Shown here: positions 48,321-57,172 of the stretch, in pieces
Layout of the letters: every line of letters begins with the position of its first letter
Position numbering within the stretch: position 1 is the stretch's first letter
Assembly (NCBI GenBank): GCA_965199495.1
Contig: CBDASK010000003.1
Location: 3,712,001-3,776,000, forward strand
Length of the DNA stretch: 64,000 bases
Source of the DNA: Abditibacterium sp.
Lineage (GTDB): Bacteria; Armatimonadota; Abditibacteriia; Abditibacteriales; Abditibacteriaceae
Reading direction: 5' to 3'
The notes under the pieces: model-generated
Seen by the model: only the letters and a program-made list of their open reading frames with translations
Databases searched by the model: none
What the model was told of the DNA's origin: nothing
Program-made: the position numbers and the translations under genes

Positions 48321-49808
48321 ATGAATAAAACCGACTTGAGCTCCATGTATTCTTTGTTCCATTGTGCAGATACTGGCATTGGTGCATTTGCAGTAGAAGG
48401 AATGCATGATAAAGTTCACGAGCATCTTAGCCACCTTGATCAAAAATCTCTGACTAAAGTTCAATTGAACCAACTATTTGTGTTATCCAACGCAGGTAGC
48501 GTGTCGGACGGATTCTTTCAATATTACTGGTGCACAATTCCTGAACACACTTATGATGTAGAGAAAATACGCTACTATAACAAAGGCTTAGACATCAAGA
48601 ACATAGCCAAGCCGGAGATACTGTCTCACGATCATTTGCGGTGGGGTTTATATCGGTTTTACGTAGATGCTCTTCTCTACTTCGGCAATATTTCTGATGC
48701 TTTTGCTGCACTTCGTTCAATAAGTTTCGTAGAGTTGACCGAGTTTTTTGCCCAGAAGCGTTTTGATACAGAATCTATCAAGAATAGGGGGCCGTCTCTT
48801 GATCTTCAAAAAATCATCAAAGATGATAGATACTTGATTTCAGAAATGGTTTGTAAGAACTTCGGCGATTTGACCATTGATGGTGACTTACCCGCAGATA
48901 AAGACAATCTCAGAGAGAAATTTCTGAGACTTTATCGTGAGCGCGCGAAAAAAGGAAAAGGCTCTGTCCCCTTCAAATTGTTGATTGCCGACATTTTAAG
49001 AGAGGAAAAAAGTAATCCTAACCAATTAACGCTCTCTTTCGATGAACTTCTTGAGGACGTCATATCTGATGAGAGCGACCTCATTAAGAAATTCGATGGC
49101 CTACTGACAAAATACTCAAACGCTCGGCAAAAGGCACAACAGAATACCGATCTATATCTTTCAATGGTAAACGACCTTGATATATATGTCGCTACAAGTA
49201 TGCGAACTCGCCAGAATTTCCGCGAAATGGCTGACACTTGTGACGCTATCTTTCGAAGCGAAAATTTGAAAGATTTGCACTTGCGCTACTTCGACCCGAC
49301 GATGAGCGCGGCACGTGGACATGAAGACAAAGGATTGATTGAGTGCTTAATGGTTAAGTGCGCAAAAGTCGTTATTTACACAGCAGGTGAGAAAGAGAGT
49401 TATGGAAAAGATGCTGAAGCTGCTATGGCACTCAGCCTCGGAAAACCAGTTATCTTCCACTGCGATGAAAATGCAAAAGATGACTTTTACAAAAATGTTC
49501 ACCCATTGTCGAGATTGATTGATTTTCGTTCGGGAGTTGCAGTTGGGGCAATTGTATCGAGTAGTATCGTTGACACGACAGAAATTTTGCGGCGTATATT
49601 TTCCAACGAGATGGAGTATGAGATTAAGCATCATGATTCTCGTGATGGTTATCTTAAACTTCACGAAAAGCTGACGGGCTCAGTTGTAAGATTACAAACT
49701 GAAGATCCTTTGCTAACAACGACGTTTTGGAACAATTATCATAAACGCCAGCCTGGAAAATATATCACGCTCGCGGCAGGTAAAGAAGCTGAACGACTTC
49801 AAGAGTGA
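48321..49808 (+). CDS. Low-GC hypothetical protein with C-terminal nucleoside 2-deoxyribosyltransferase/TIR-like fold
   Basis: DIYVATSM...FDP...KVVIY...SYGKDAEAAMALSLGKPVI; TATAAT lies 7 nt before ATG 48321 (alternative start 48312). Confidence 0.7.
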   Translation: MNKTDLSSMYSLFHCADTGIGAFAVEGMHDKVHEHLSHLDQKSLTKVQLNQLFVLSNAGSVSDGFFQYYWCTIPEHTYDVEKIRYYNKGLDIKNIAKPEILSHDHLRWGLYRFYVDALLYFGNISDAFAALRSISFVELTEFFAQKRFDTESIKNRGPSLDLQKIIKDDRYLISEMVCKNFGDLTIDGDLPADKDNLREKFLRLYRERAKKGKGSVPFKLLIADILREEKSNPNQLTLSFDELLEDVISDESDLIKKFDGLLTKYSNARQKAQQNTDLYLSMVNDLDIYVATSMRTRQNFREMADTCDAIFRSENLKDLHLRYFDPTMSAARGHEDKGLIECLMVKCAKVVIYTAGEKESYGKDAEAAMALSLGKPVIFHCDENAKDDFYKNVHPLSRLIDFRSGVAVGAIVSSSIVDTTEILRRIFSNEMEYEIKHHDSRDGYLKLHEKLTGSVVRLQTEDPLLTTTFWNNYHKRQPGKYITLAAGKEAERLQE

Positions 49809-49816
49809 TGTCTTCC

Positions 49817-50599
49817 ATGCGACGAATCGCCTTAACTGTGGCCTACGACGGCACGCCCTGGTGCGGATCGCAACGCCAGCAGAATGGGCGCACGATTCAG
49901 GGCGAAATCGAAGGCGCGCTGGAAACCCTGCTCAAAGCAGCCACGCCGATCTCGATGGCGGGGCGCACCGATAGAGGCGTGCACGCGCGCGGGCAAGTCG
50001 CCGCGTTCGAGACGCCGAATCGCTCGCTCCCGACCGAGCGATTCGATTTGGCGTTGAACGGAAAACTCCCGCGCTCGATTCGGGTGCGCGAGCCGCGCGA
50101 GGTGCCAGAGCGTTGGCATCCGCGCTTTGACGCGACAGGGCGGGTTTACGTTTATCGGTTGCAAATTGGCGACGAAAACCCGTTGACGCGGCAAATCGCC
50201 GCGAGTTGGACGAAACAGTTAGACTACTCTGCCGCACGCGAGGCGAGCCGGGCTTTCATCGGAAGGCACGACTTCAAAGCGTGGCAATCGGCGGGCAGTC
50301 CGATGCCGACGACGGTGCGCTGCGTGCGGCGCATCGAGTTCCGAGAAACGGCGGCTTTCGGGTCGCCGCTCTGGGAAATAGAAATTGAGGCCGACGCGTT
50401 TTTGTATCAGATGGTGCGAAACATCGTCGGCGCGCTGATCGAAGCCGGACGAGGCCGATTGGACGCGGATGCGATTCGGGCGTTGACGCTGGGACGGGAC
50501 AGAACCAAATGTCCGGCCCCGGCGCCGCCGCAGGGATTGTGTCTGGAGCAAGTGATTTACGGAGAAAGAGAGAAAACTGATGGCAAGCATTCAACCTAA
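49817..50599 (+). CDS. truA: tRNA pseudouridine(38-40) synthase
   Basis: [44 protein letters not shown]. Confidence 0.95.
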   Translation: MRRIALTVAYDGTPWCGSQRQQNGRTIQGEIEGALETLLKAATPISMAGRTDRGVHARGQVAAFETPNRSLPTERFDLALNGKLPRSIRVREPREVPERWHPRFDATGRVYVYRLQIGDENPLTRQIAASWTKQLDYSAAREASRAFIGRHDFKAWQSAGSPMPTTVRCVRRIEFRETAAFGSPLWEIEIEADAFLYQMVRNIVGALIEAGRGRLDADAIRALTLGRDRTKCPAPAPPQGLCLEQVIYGEREKTDGKHST

Positions 50600-51041
50600 A
50601 ACCTACCACGCCAAACCCGGCGAAGTCGAGCGCAACTGGTATGTCATTGACGCAGACGGCCAAACCGTCGGGCGCATCGCATCGCGCATCGCGCACATTC
50701 TGCGCGGCAAGCACAAACCGCAGTTCACCCCGTCCATTGACGTGGGCGATTTCGTGATCGTGCTCAACGCCGAGAAGATCGTGTTCAAGGGCGACAAAAT
50801 GGACGATAAAATCTATTATCGCACTACGACGCGTCCCGGCTCGATGAAGAAGATCAACGCGCGTTCGTTGTTGGAAAAGAACCCGACGAAGATTCTGGAA
50901 GACGCGATCTGGGGCATGGTTCCGCACAACACGCTGGGCCGCCAACAGATCCGCAAACTGCACGTTTATGCGGGCGATTCGCATCCGCACAACGCGCAAA
51001 ACCCGCAGGTTCTGGAACCCTCCGCCATCGGCGTGGGCTGA
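50580..51041 (+). CDS. rplM: 50S ribosomal protein L13
   Basis: [30 protein letters not shown]. Confidence 0.97.
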   Translation: MASIQPKTYHAKPGEVERNWYVIDADGQTVGRIASRIAHILRGKHKPQFTPSIDVGDFVIVLNAEKIVFKGDKMDDKIYYRTTTRPGSMKKINARSLLEKNPTKILEDAIWGMVPHNTLGRQQIRKLHVYAGDSHPHNAQNPQVLEPSAIGVG

Positions 51042-51051
51042 AAAATTTCGG

Positions 51052-51150
51052 ATTTCACACAAAGATACTAAGATCACACAAAGAGGCACAAAGGGTTTTC
51101 ATTCATTCTCTTTGTCTCCTTTGTGCGAACTTTGTTTCTTTGTGTGAAAT
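51052..51150. repeat. Inverted CACAAAG-type repeat array
   Basis: ATTTCACACAAAGA...CACACAAAGAGGCACAAAG / CTTTGTCTCCTTTGTGCG...TCTTTGTGTGAAAT. Confidence 0.7.
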
Positions 51151-51184
51151 GATCGAAGCAACTGTTTGGATAACGAAAAACATT

Positions 51185-51571
51185 ATGGCAGAAACATATT
51201 ATGGCACCGGCAAACGCAAAGATGCGGTTGCACGCGTGTATCTCACGCCCGGATCGGGCACGATGACCGTCAACGGCAAGCCGTTGGACGAATACTTCAC
51301 GCGCATTTTCTCGCAGCAACTCGCCAAAAGCTCTTTGGCCATCGCTGGCGAGCAGACCTTCGACATCAAAGTTTTCTGCAACGGCGGCGGCATCAACGGC
51401 CAGGCCGGTGCGGTCAAGCACGGCATTGCCAAATGCTTGGTCGCGATGAACGAAGAGTTGCGCGGCGGACTGCGCGAAATCGGCGCCCTGACGCGCGACT
51501 CGCGCGTCAAAGAGCGCAAGAAATATGGCCGCAAACGCGCGCGCCGTGGCTTCCAGTTCTCGAAACGCTAA
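51185..51571 (+). CDS. rpsI: 30S ribosomal protein S9
   Basis: GTGKRKDAVARV, GGG..GQAGA, ERKKYG...QFSKR. Confidence 0.97.
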   Translation: MAETYYGTGKRKDAVARVYLTPGSGTMTVNGKPLDEYFTRIFSQQLAKSSLAIAGEQTFDIKVFCNGGGINGQAGAVKHGIAKCLVAMNEELRGGLREIGALTRDSRVKERKKYGRKRARRGFQFSKR

Positions 51572-51591
51572 AGTTTGCGAGGGCAAACGCG

Positions 51592-51624
51592 AAAAACCGC
51601 GACCAATTTTGGTCGCGGTTTTTT
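51592..51624 (+). terminator. Intrinsic terminator after rpsI
   Basis: AAAAACCGCGACCAA-tt-TTGGTCGCGGTTTTT. Confidence 0.75.
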
Positions 51625-51806
51625 GTTTTGGGATAGAAAAAATACAAATAACCGAGCTGAGCCGTCTTTCACTTTAATTTTATGAATTCGGGCGTTCTTC
51701 ATAAGAAATTCAAAATCAAATTTGAGAGATTCTATTGCCAAAACTTGAAACATTCCAAAGGGTTTGTTAAGTTTGAAATGACTTATTCATTTCAATTTTT
51801 CAGAGT

Positions 51807-52358
51807 ATGCCACCTCTCTTTCTTTTGTTCGTGCTTTCGGTAGCCATCGGCTCAAATTACGCCTCAAACGGCACCAACTCGAAATTTGCGGCGCCACACA
51901 CAACCGGTTTATCTGCCGCGAAAACGCAGAGTGCGCTTCCGATTTCGCTCTCCGATGCAACCACGGCGCCGCCAGCAATTGCTCTGATTGAGGCGGACGC
52001 GGCAGGATTGCTGATGCCGTCGGAAACCGATGCGCCGATTCTGGTGAAATACTGGGCATCGGAGAAAACCGAATTATTGCCCGGCGACGTGGCTGCTCTG
52101 ATCGAGCAGAAAGCCGATGCGCCGCTTGAAACGCAAACTGTCGCCGAATTTTTTAAGAACGCCGCGACAATTGAAGACTGGATGAGCGACGATGAAAAAG
52201 CGACGGCGCAGAAATTTCAAAAATTGATCGTCACTTTGCAAACCCAATTGGATAATTCTCACGTTTATCTATTTGGCGAGCGCGAGCGCACCGTCGTCGT
52301 TATCGGCAAAGTCAAAGGAGGTTTTGGCGGCGTCGTGACGTTGGTTGTCGAGACTTGA
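51807..52358 (+). CDS. Nuclease A inhibitor (NuiA)-like protein with signal peptide
   Basis: GLLMPSETDAP, FF...W, KFQKL..L...L, VY.FGE, TLVVET C-terminus. Confidence 0.8.
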   Translation: MPPLFLLFVLSVAIGSNYASNGTNSKFAAPHTTGLSAAKTQSALPISLSDATTAPPAIALIEADAAGLLMPSETDAPILVKYWASEKTELLPGDVAALIEQKADAPLETQTVAEFFKNAATIEDWMSDDEKATAQKFQKLIVTLQTQLDNSHVYLFGERERTVVVIGKVKGGFGGVVTLVVET

Positions 52359-52521
52359 AGCGTGCTTCCGCCTTTGTCCTATTGAACACACAATAATTGG
52401 CGGCGGACAAACCGCACTAACTACAACAACTTTAAATCGTTATGCCTTGCGCGCGGCGCGATGATGTCTTAAACCCGCTTGGCCCCAAATCGGCTCTTTT
52501 ACCGGCGCCTCTGGCCTTCTT

Positions 52522-54045
52522 ATGTCTGATTCCCCACAAACTTCTCCTCGCAACGGTTCGCGGCAATCGCCTTCCTGCGTTATGACGATCTTCGGCGCGA
52601 CCGGCGATTTGACCAAACGCAAGCTCATTCCCGCTATCTACGATTTGGCCTGCCAGAAACTTTTGCCCGACGAATTCGCCATCGTCGGTTATGGTCGGCG
52701 CCCGCAGGACGAAACCGAATTCCGCAAAGGTCTGGGCGAAGGCGCCAAAGAGTTTTCGCGCCTCGATTGGAACGAGGAAACTTGGAATTGGTTGTCGGAG
52801 CGCATTTTCTATCAGCCCGGCGGCTACGGCGATCACGATTCTCATGAAGCACTCGAAACGCGTTTGAACGAAATCGCCGAGAAGTTTGGTATCGGCAATC
52901 ATCGTTTGTATTATCTCTCGATTCCGCCCGAAGAGTTCGCGCCCGTTATCGAGAATATCGGCAAAATCCGCCAAGAACATCGCGAAAAAACCGGCGACAG
53001 AGACGCGTGGCGCCGCATCATCGTCGAGAAACCGTTCGGCCAAGATTTGGATTCGGCGCGCAAACTCAACGCGCTGTTGGCGAGGTATTTCAAAGAACCC
53101 GAAGTTTTCCGCATTGACCATTATCTGGGCAAAGAGACTGTCCAGAACATCCTGACTTTGCGTTTTGGCAACATCATCTGGGAGCCGGTCTGGAATAATC
53201 ATTATATTGATCACGTTCAAATCGTGGTATCGGAGAAGGTTGATGTCGGCCAGCGCGCCGGTTACTACGAGTCGTCGGGCGCGCTGCGCGATATGGTCGT
53301 CAACCACATGTTTCAGGTGATGAGTCTGGTTTGCATGGAGCCGCCGACGAGTTTGGCCGCCGACGACGTGCGCGACGAGAAACTCAAGGTTTTGCGCGCC
53401 GTCGAGAAGATGACGCCGACCGAGATTTTGGACAACACGATTCGCGGCCAATACACCGGCTACCGCGAGGCCGAGGGCGTCGCGCCCGATTCCAATACCG
53501 AAACTTATGTCGCGCTGAAACTCGAAATTGATAACTGGCGTTGGGCGGGCGTGCCGATTTATCTGCGTCACGGCAAAGCCTTGGAAGAACGCGTTTCGGA
53601 AGTCGTGATTCGTTGGAAAGACGTGCCGAGCGTGTTGTTCAATGAGGAGCCGGAGAACGCGCTCAAGAGCAATATGTTGGTGATGCGGATTCAGCCGCAC
53701 GACGGTTTTGCTTTGCGCATCAACGCCAAAGTGCCCGGCGGCAACGAGATTCGCGACGTGCGCATGAATTTCGATTACGCCGAAACTTTCGGTGCCGAGC
53801 CGCCCGAAGCCTACGAACGTTTGCTGCACGACGCTCTGATCGGCGATTCGACGTTGTTCACGCGGCGCGACGAAAGCGAGGCGGCATGGGGCATCGTTGA
53901 CCCGATTTTGGAAGCGTGGAAAGACGCGGGCGCGCCCGATTTCTACCAGAAGGGCAGTTGGGGGCCAAAAGAAGCCGACGACTTTTTGTCGCGCGATGGT
54001 CGCCGTTGGCACAAGCCACCGGCGGACACGTTGAAGGGAAAATAA
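52522..54045 (+). CDS. zwf: Glucose-6-phosphate 1-dehydrogenase
   Basis: IFGATGDL, EKPFG, RIDHYLGKE, NWRWAGVP. Confidence 0.97.
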   Translation: MSDSPQTSPRNGSRQSPSCVMTIFGATGDLTKRKLIPAIYDLACQKLLPDEFAIVGYGRRPQDETEFRKGLGEGAKEFSRLDWNEETWNWLSERIFYQPGGYGDHDSHEALETRLNEIAEKFGIGNHRLYYLSIPPEEFAPVIENIGKIRQEHREKTGDRDAWRRIIVEKPFGQDLDSARKLNALLARYFKEPEVFRIDHYLGKETVQNILTLRFGNIIWEPVWNNHYIDHVQIVVSEKVDVGQRAGYYESSGALRDMVVNHMFQVMSLVCMEPPTSLAADDVRDEKLKVLRAVEKMTPTEILDNTIRGQYTGYREAEGVAPDSNTETYVALKLEIDNWRWAGVPIYLRHGKALEERVSEVVIRWKDVPSVLFNEEPENALKSNMLVMRIQPHDGFALRINAKVPGGNEIRDVRMNFDYAETFGAEPPEAYERLLHDALIGDSTLFTRRDESEAAWGIVDPILEAWKDAGAPDFYQKGSWGPKEADDFLSRDGRRWHKPPADTLKGK

Positions 54046-54058
54046 GAAGGCGGAATTT

Positions 54059-54107
54059 GAGTAATCGTGCGACGTGGCTGCTGTTGAGGACGCGGAATTT
54101 GCGGGAT
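54059..54107 (+). repeat. Direct repeat A, copy 2
   Basis: Matches 48162-48211. Confidence 0.9.
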
Positions 54108-54145
54108 GATAAAATTGTTCTAACGCGAAGGTTTGGAGGTTATTC

Positions 54146-54583
54146 ATGAAAATACCATCTTTTTTTGCAACCGTTGCGGTTATCTGCTTTGGTCAAGTTG
54201 CGATGGCTGATAACAAATCAGACAACGAATTGAAAATTTTGGCTTCAAGAACCAAACTTATGGTCACGGGGCGGGCAGTCTCCAAACCAGAGTTAAGCCC
54301 AATAGGTGTGGGTTATTTGATTTTCGACTTCAGGTTTCAGGCCACACAGGTTTTAAAAGGTGTAATGCCGACATCGAAGAAACTTTTTGTGGAATTCGAC
54401 GCTCCGAAGGATTACCGAAGCGAGCCTTATAAGCTCCCAACTCCACCAGTAAAAGTTGGAATACCTTACATTTTGTTTTTGCATGACAAGGGGGCAGGAA
54501 ACATTCCGAGGTGGAAAGTTGTTGGTATTCGTCCTTACAGCTATCAATTGGTGAAGAAACTGAGACAATTGCATGCTTTGTAA
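54146..54583 (+). CDS. Low-GC secreted hypothetical protein
   Basis: GGAGG RBS, signal peptide ending AMA, atypical codon usage. Confidence 0.75.
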   Translation: MKIPSFFATVAVICFGQVAMADNKSDNELKILASRTKLMVTGRAVSKPELSPIGVGYLIFDFRFQATQVLKGVMPTSKKLFVEFDAPKDYRSEPYKLPTPPVKVGIPYILFLHDKGAGNIPRWKVVGIRPYSYQLVKKLRQLHAL

Positions 54584-54631
54584 TAGTAGCAGAGCAAACC
54601 GTTCCAACAACCGCCTAAACCGGAAACGCAA

Positions 54632-54763
54632 ATACGACCAATCGCTTTAACTGTCGCCTACGACGGCACGGACTTGTGCGGAGCGCAACGTCAGCACAAT
54701 GGGCGCGCGATTCAGGGCGAAATCGAAGGCGCGCTGGAAAGTTTGCTCCAAGACACCACCTAA
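54632..54763 (+). pseudogene. truA: truA 5' fragment
   Basis: [39 protein letters not shown] versus Tru[40 protein letters not shown]. Confidence 0.88.
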
Positions 54764-54769
54764 ATCAAC

Positions 54770-55486
54770 ATGAATTCCGAAATTATTATTGCCGAAGATA
54801 GCGCGCAACTCGTTGAAATGTTGGCGGCGCGCCTCGTCATGACCGCGCGCCAGTGCATTGATGAACGCGGCTCGTTTTCGCTGGCGCTGTCGGGCGGTTC
54901 GACGCCCAAAGCGCTTTATCAAAAATTGGCTTCTCCGCAGTGGAAATCGCAAATTGATTGGGCGAACTGCGACATCGTCTTTGGCGACGACCGCGCCGTG
55001 GCTGCGGATGACGCGTTGTCGAATTATCGCATGGCGCGCGAAACGTTATTGGATTTCGTTCCGGCGCGTATATATCGCATCGCAACTGAATCGGACGATT
55101 TGGAAAAAGCGGCGGCGGATTATGACAAGGTTTTGCGTGGGTTGGGCGGGCGTTTGGATGTCGTTTTGCTGGGCCTTGGCGACGATGGTCATACGGCGTC
55201 GCTGTTTCCGGGTTCGCCGCAATTGGACGTTCACGATAAGTGGGTGACGGCCACGCCGGTCGCTTCGTTGGAGCCGCACGTTCGGCGCGTGACTTTTACC
55301 TTCGATTGCATCAATGCGGCGCGGCACATTTGGTTTTTGGCCGTCGGCGTGGGCAAATCCGAGCGCGTTTACGATGTATTGCGCGGATCGAAAAATATCG
55401 CGAAATGGCCCGCGCAGGGCGTTAATCCGCAAAGCGGCGAGTTAGTCTGGTTCTTAGATGAGGCGGCAGCGCGCGATTTGGATTGA
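54770..55486 (+). CDS. pgl: 6-phosphogluconolactonase
   Basis: LSGGSTP, GDDRAV, SNYRM, LGLGDDGHTASLFP. Confidence 0.95.
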   Translation: MNSEIIIAEDSAQLVEMLAARLVMTARQCIDERGSFSLALSGGSTPKALYQKLASPQWKSQIDWANCDIVFGDDRAVAADDALSNYRMARETLLDFVPARIYRIATESDDLEKAAADYDKVLRGLGGRLDVVLLGLGDDGHTASLFPGSPQLDVHDKWVTATPVASLEPHVRRVTFTFDCINAARHIWFLAVGVGKSERVYDVLRGSKNIAKWPAQGVNPQSGELVWFLDEAAARDLD

Positions 55487-55517
55487 ACAGTGGAAAATCA
55501 AGCTGATTTACAATCCC

Positions 55518-55552
55518 AAAAAGGCCGCAACGTTTGCACGTTGCGGCCTTTT
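55518..55552. terminator. Bidirectional terminator
   Basis: AAAAGGCCGCAACGT-ttgc-ACGTTGCGGCCTTTT between convergent genes. Confidence 0.75.
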
Positions 55553-55566
55553 CGTTTGTCACCAAT

Positions 55567-56238
55567 TTACGCCACGATATAGGGCGCGATTAATGTCGTG
55601 ACTTGATCGGTTGTGAGCGGCGATTCGTAATATCGCGGTGCGAAATCGAAGCCCGCGAGCGAACGCAAAATCGCGGCGTGTTGCGCTTCAGCGCCGTAAA
55701 TTGAAGCGGCGGCTTTGCGAATATCGTCGCTCTGGATGGAGCCGACGGCGCCCAGATAGGCGCCGATGCCGATCTCTTCGAGCGTGTAGCCGAGCCACGC
55801 GAATGTGATGGGCGACAAAAACACGCTCGCCGGGAACTGAAAACTGGGCGTTTCAGGCACGGTTTGGCCCGCGCCCGTTAAAACGGCTTCGAGAGCTTGG
55901 ACGTGAGAGGCTTCGGCCCCCGCGATTTGTTGCGTCAGCTCGAACGCGCGCGCGGGCAAATAGGCTTTGTCTCCGTGGGCCGCCACGACCTGCGCATAAA
56001 ACGCGGCTTCCAAACGCTCCATCGTTAACGCGAATTTCACGATGTCGAGGTCGCCCGTAGGCGTCGCCATCGTGGTCGCCGGTTCCAGCATCATCTGTTT
56101 TTTCGCGTCCATGTCCGCCGTGGCTGGTTGGGCGTGGCCAGATTTGGCCGCCAATAAAAGTGCGGCGGCGCCGACACCAGCAGCGCTGGCTTGAGCCAAA
56201 GCGCCTCGGCGCGAAATATTTTGTGGGGTATTATTCAT
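55567..56238 (-). CDS. Tat-exported ferritin-like domain protein
   Basis: SRRGAL signal; DIVKFALTMERLEAAFY, EASH, LEEIGIGAYLG, EAQHAA. Confidence 0.85.
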   Translation of the reverse strand: MNNTPQNISRRGALAQASAAGVGAAALLLAAKSGHAQPATADMDAKKQMMLEPATTMATPTGDLDIVKFALTMERLEAAFYAQVVAAHGDKAYLPARAFELTQQIAGAEASHVQALEAVLTGAGQTVPETPSFQFPASVFLSPITFAWLGYTLEEIGIGAYLGAVGSIQSDDIRKAAASIYGAEAQHAAILRSLAGFDFAPRYYESPLTTDQVTTLIAPYIVA

Positions 56239-56240
56239 AT

Positions 56241-56900
56241 TTAAATCTCGGTGCCGAAGCCGAATTTGCTCAAAGTTTTGCCGACTTCCTGAACCGAGAG
56301 CGGCGTGACATAAGTATCGAACGGGCTGAGTCCGGCCATTTCTTTGAGCATCGCCTGATGGCGATTTTGCACGCCCGCCAGCGCGGCAATTGCCTGAACG
56401 ATGTCGGCTTTGCCGCCTTTGCCAACGATGCCATGAAACGCGCCAACTGCCGTAGATTTAATCGTGATGGCCGAAGCGAAAAACTTCTCGCGCGAGGCGT
56501 AATTGGTGTTCATCTGGAAGTTCGGCTCCATCTGCGACGAAGGCATCGTCGCGCGTGAGGGCATCAGGCCGCGTTGCGCGCGCGCGGCGCTAAACCAGCG
56601 CGCCTGATCGCCGTCTTGCGTCGCGATTGTGAGCAAGGCTTTGCCTTCGCCCGGCGTCAACGGGTCAATGAGGCCGGAACGGAGCGCGCGCGAGAAAAAT
56701 TGATTTTGGAAAAATTGCACGTTTTCCAAAAACTTGAGTTCGGAGGCCAAACCCAAATCGAGCGCGCGCGCGGGCAGGGCGGGCAGGGCAATGGCCGCCG
56801 CACCAGCCACGGCGCCCAATGCCAGAAAACTGCGCCGCGTCGTGGCGGGCGAAACCGAATTGGGTTCGGTTGAGAGAGTGAGATCGGGAAATTCCGTCAT
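56241..56900 (-). CDS. Tat-exported divergent ferritin-like protein
   Basis: TRRSFL signal; helix pattern parallels the neighbour but Glu/His ligands are mostly replaced. Confidence 0.65.
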   Translation of the reverse strand: MTEFPDLTLSTEPNSVSPATTRRSFLALGAVAGAAAIALPALPARALDLGLASELKFLENVQFFQNQFFSRALRSGLIDPLTPGEGKALLTIATQDGDQARWFSAARAQRGLMPSRATMPSSQMEPNFQMNTNYASREKFFASAITIKSTAVGAFHGIVGKGGKADIVQAIAALAGVQNRHQAMLKEMAGLSPFDTYVTPLSVQEVGKTLSKFGFGTEI

Positions 56901-56970
56901 AATGCTCCTCGAAAGAGGTGCCTCAATTTTAACCGATTGGGAGATAAACTCCAACTTTAGTTGTTTTGTG

Positions 56971-57150
56971 GGAATGATTCAGTTTCTCCTCCCTGTCATT
57001 CTGAGCGCAGTGAGGCACGAACGAAGTCGAAGAATCCATAACTTTGAAGTCTCTTCAAACGCGCGCGGCGCCCCGGACGCACTGGATTCTTCGACTTCGT
57101 TCGTGCCTCACTGCGCTCAGAATGACAGGGAGGAGAAACTGAACCATTCC
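56971..57150. repeat. Long palindromic repeat, copy 2 (TGTCATTCTGAGCG family)
   Basis: Same core as 45014-45183 with different outer arms and spacer. Confidence 0.88.
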
Positions 57151-57172
57151 GTTTTGTGAACATCTCGCCGCT

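Noticed and set aside
52432..54147. 571-aa minus-strand ORF
   Set aside because: Codon-aligned antisense shadow of zwf with no recognisable motifs.
54584..54631. Possible integron attC remnant (GTTCCAACAACCGCCTAAACCGGA) after the low-GC gene
   Set aside because: Only a vague left-end resemblance; no complementary right half, no strict RYYYAAC/GTTRRRY pair and no integrase in the window.
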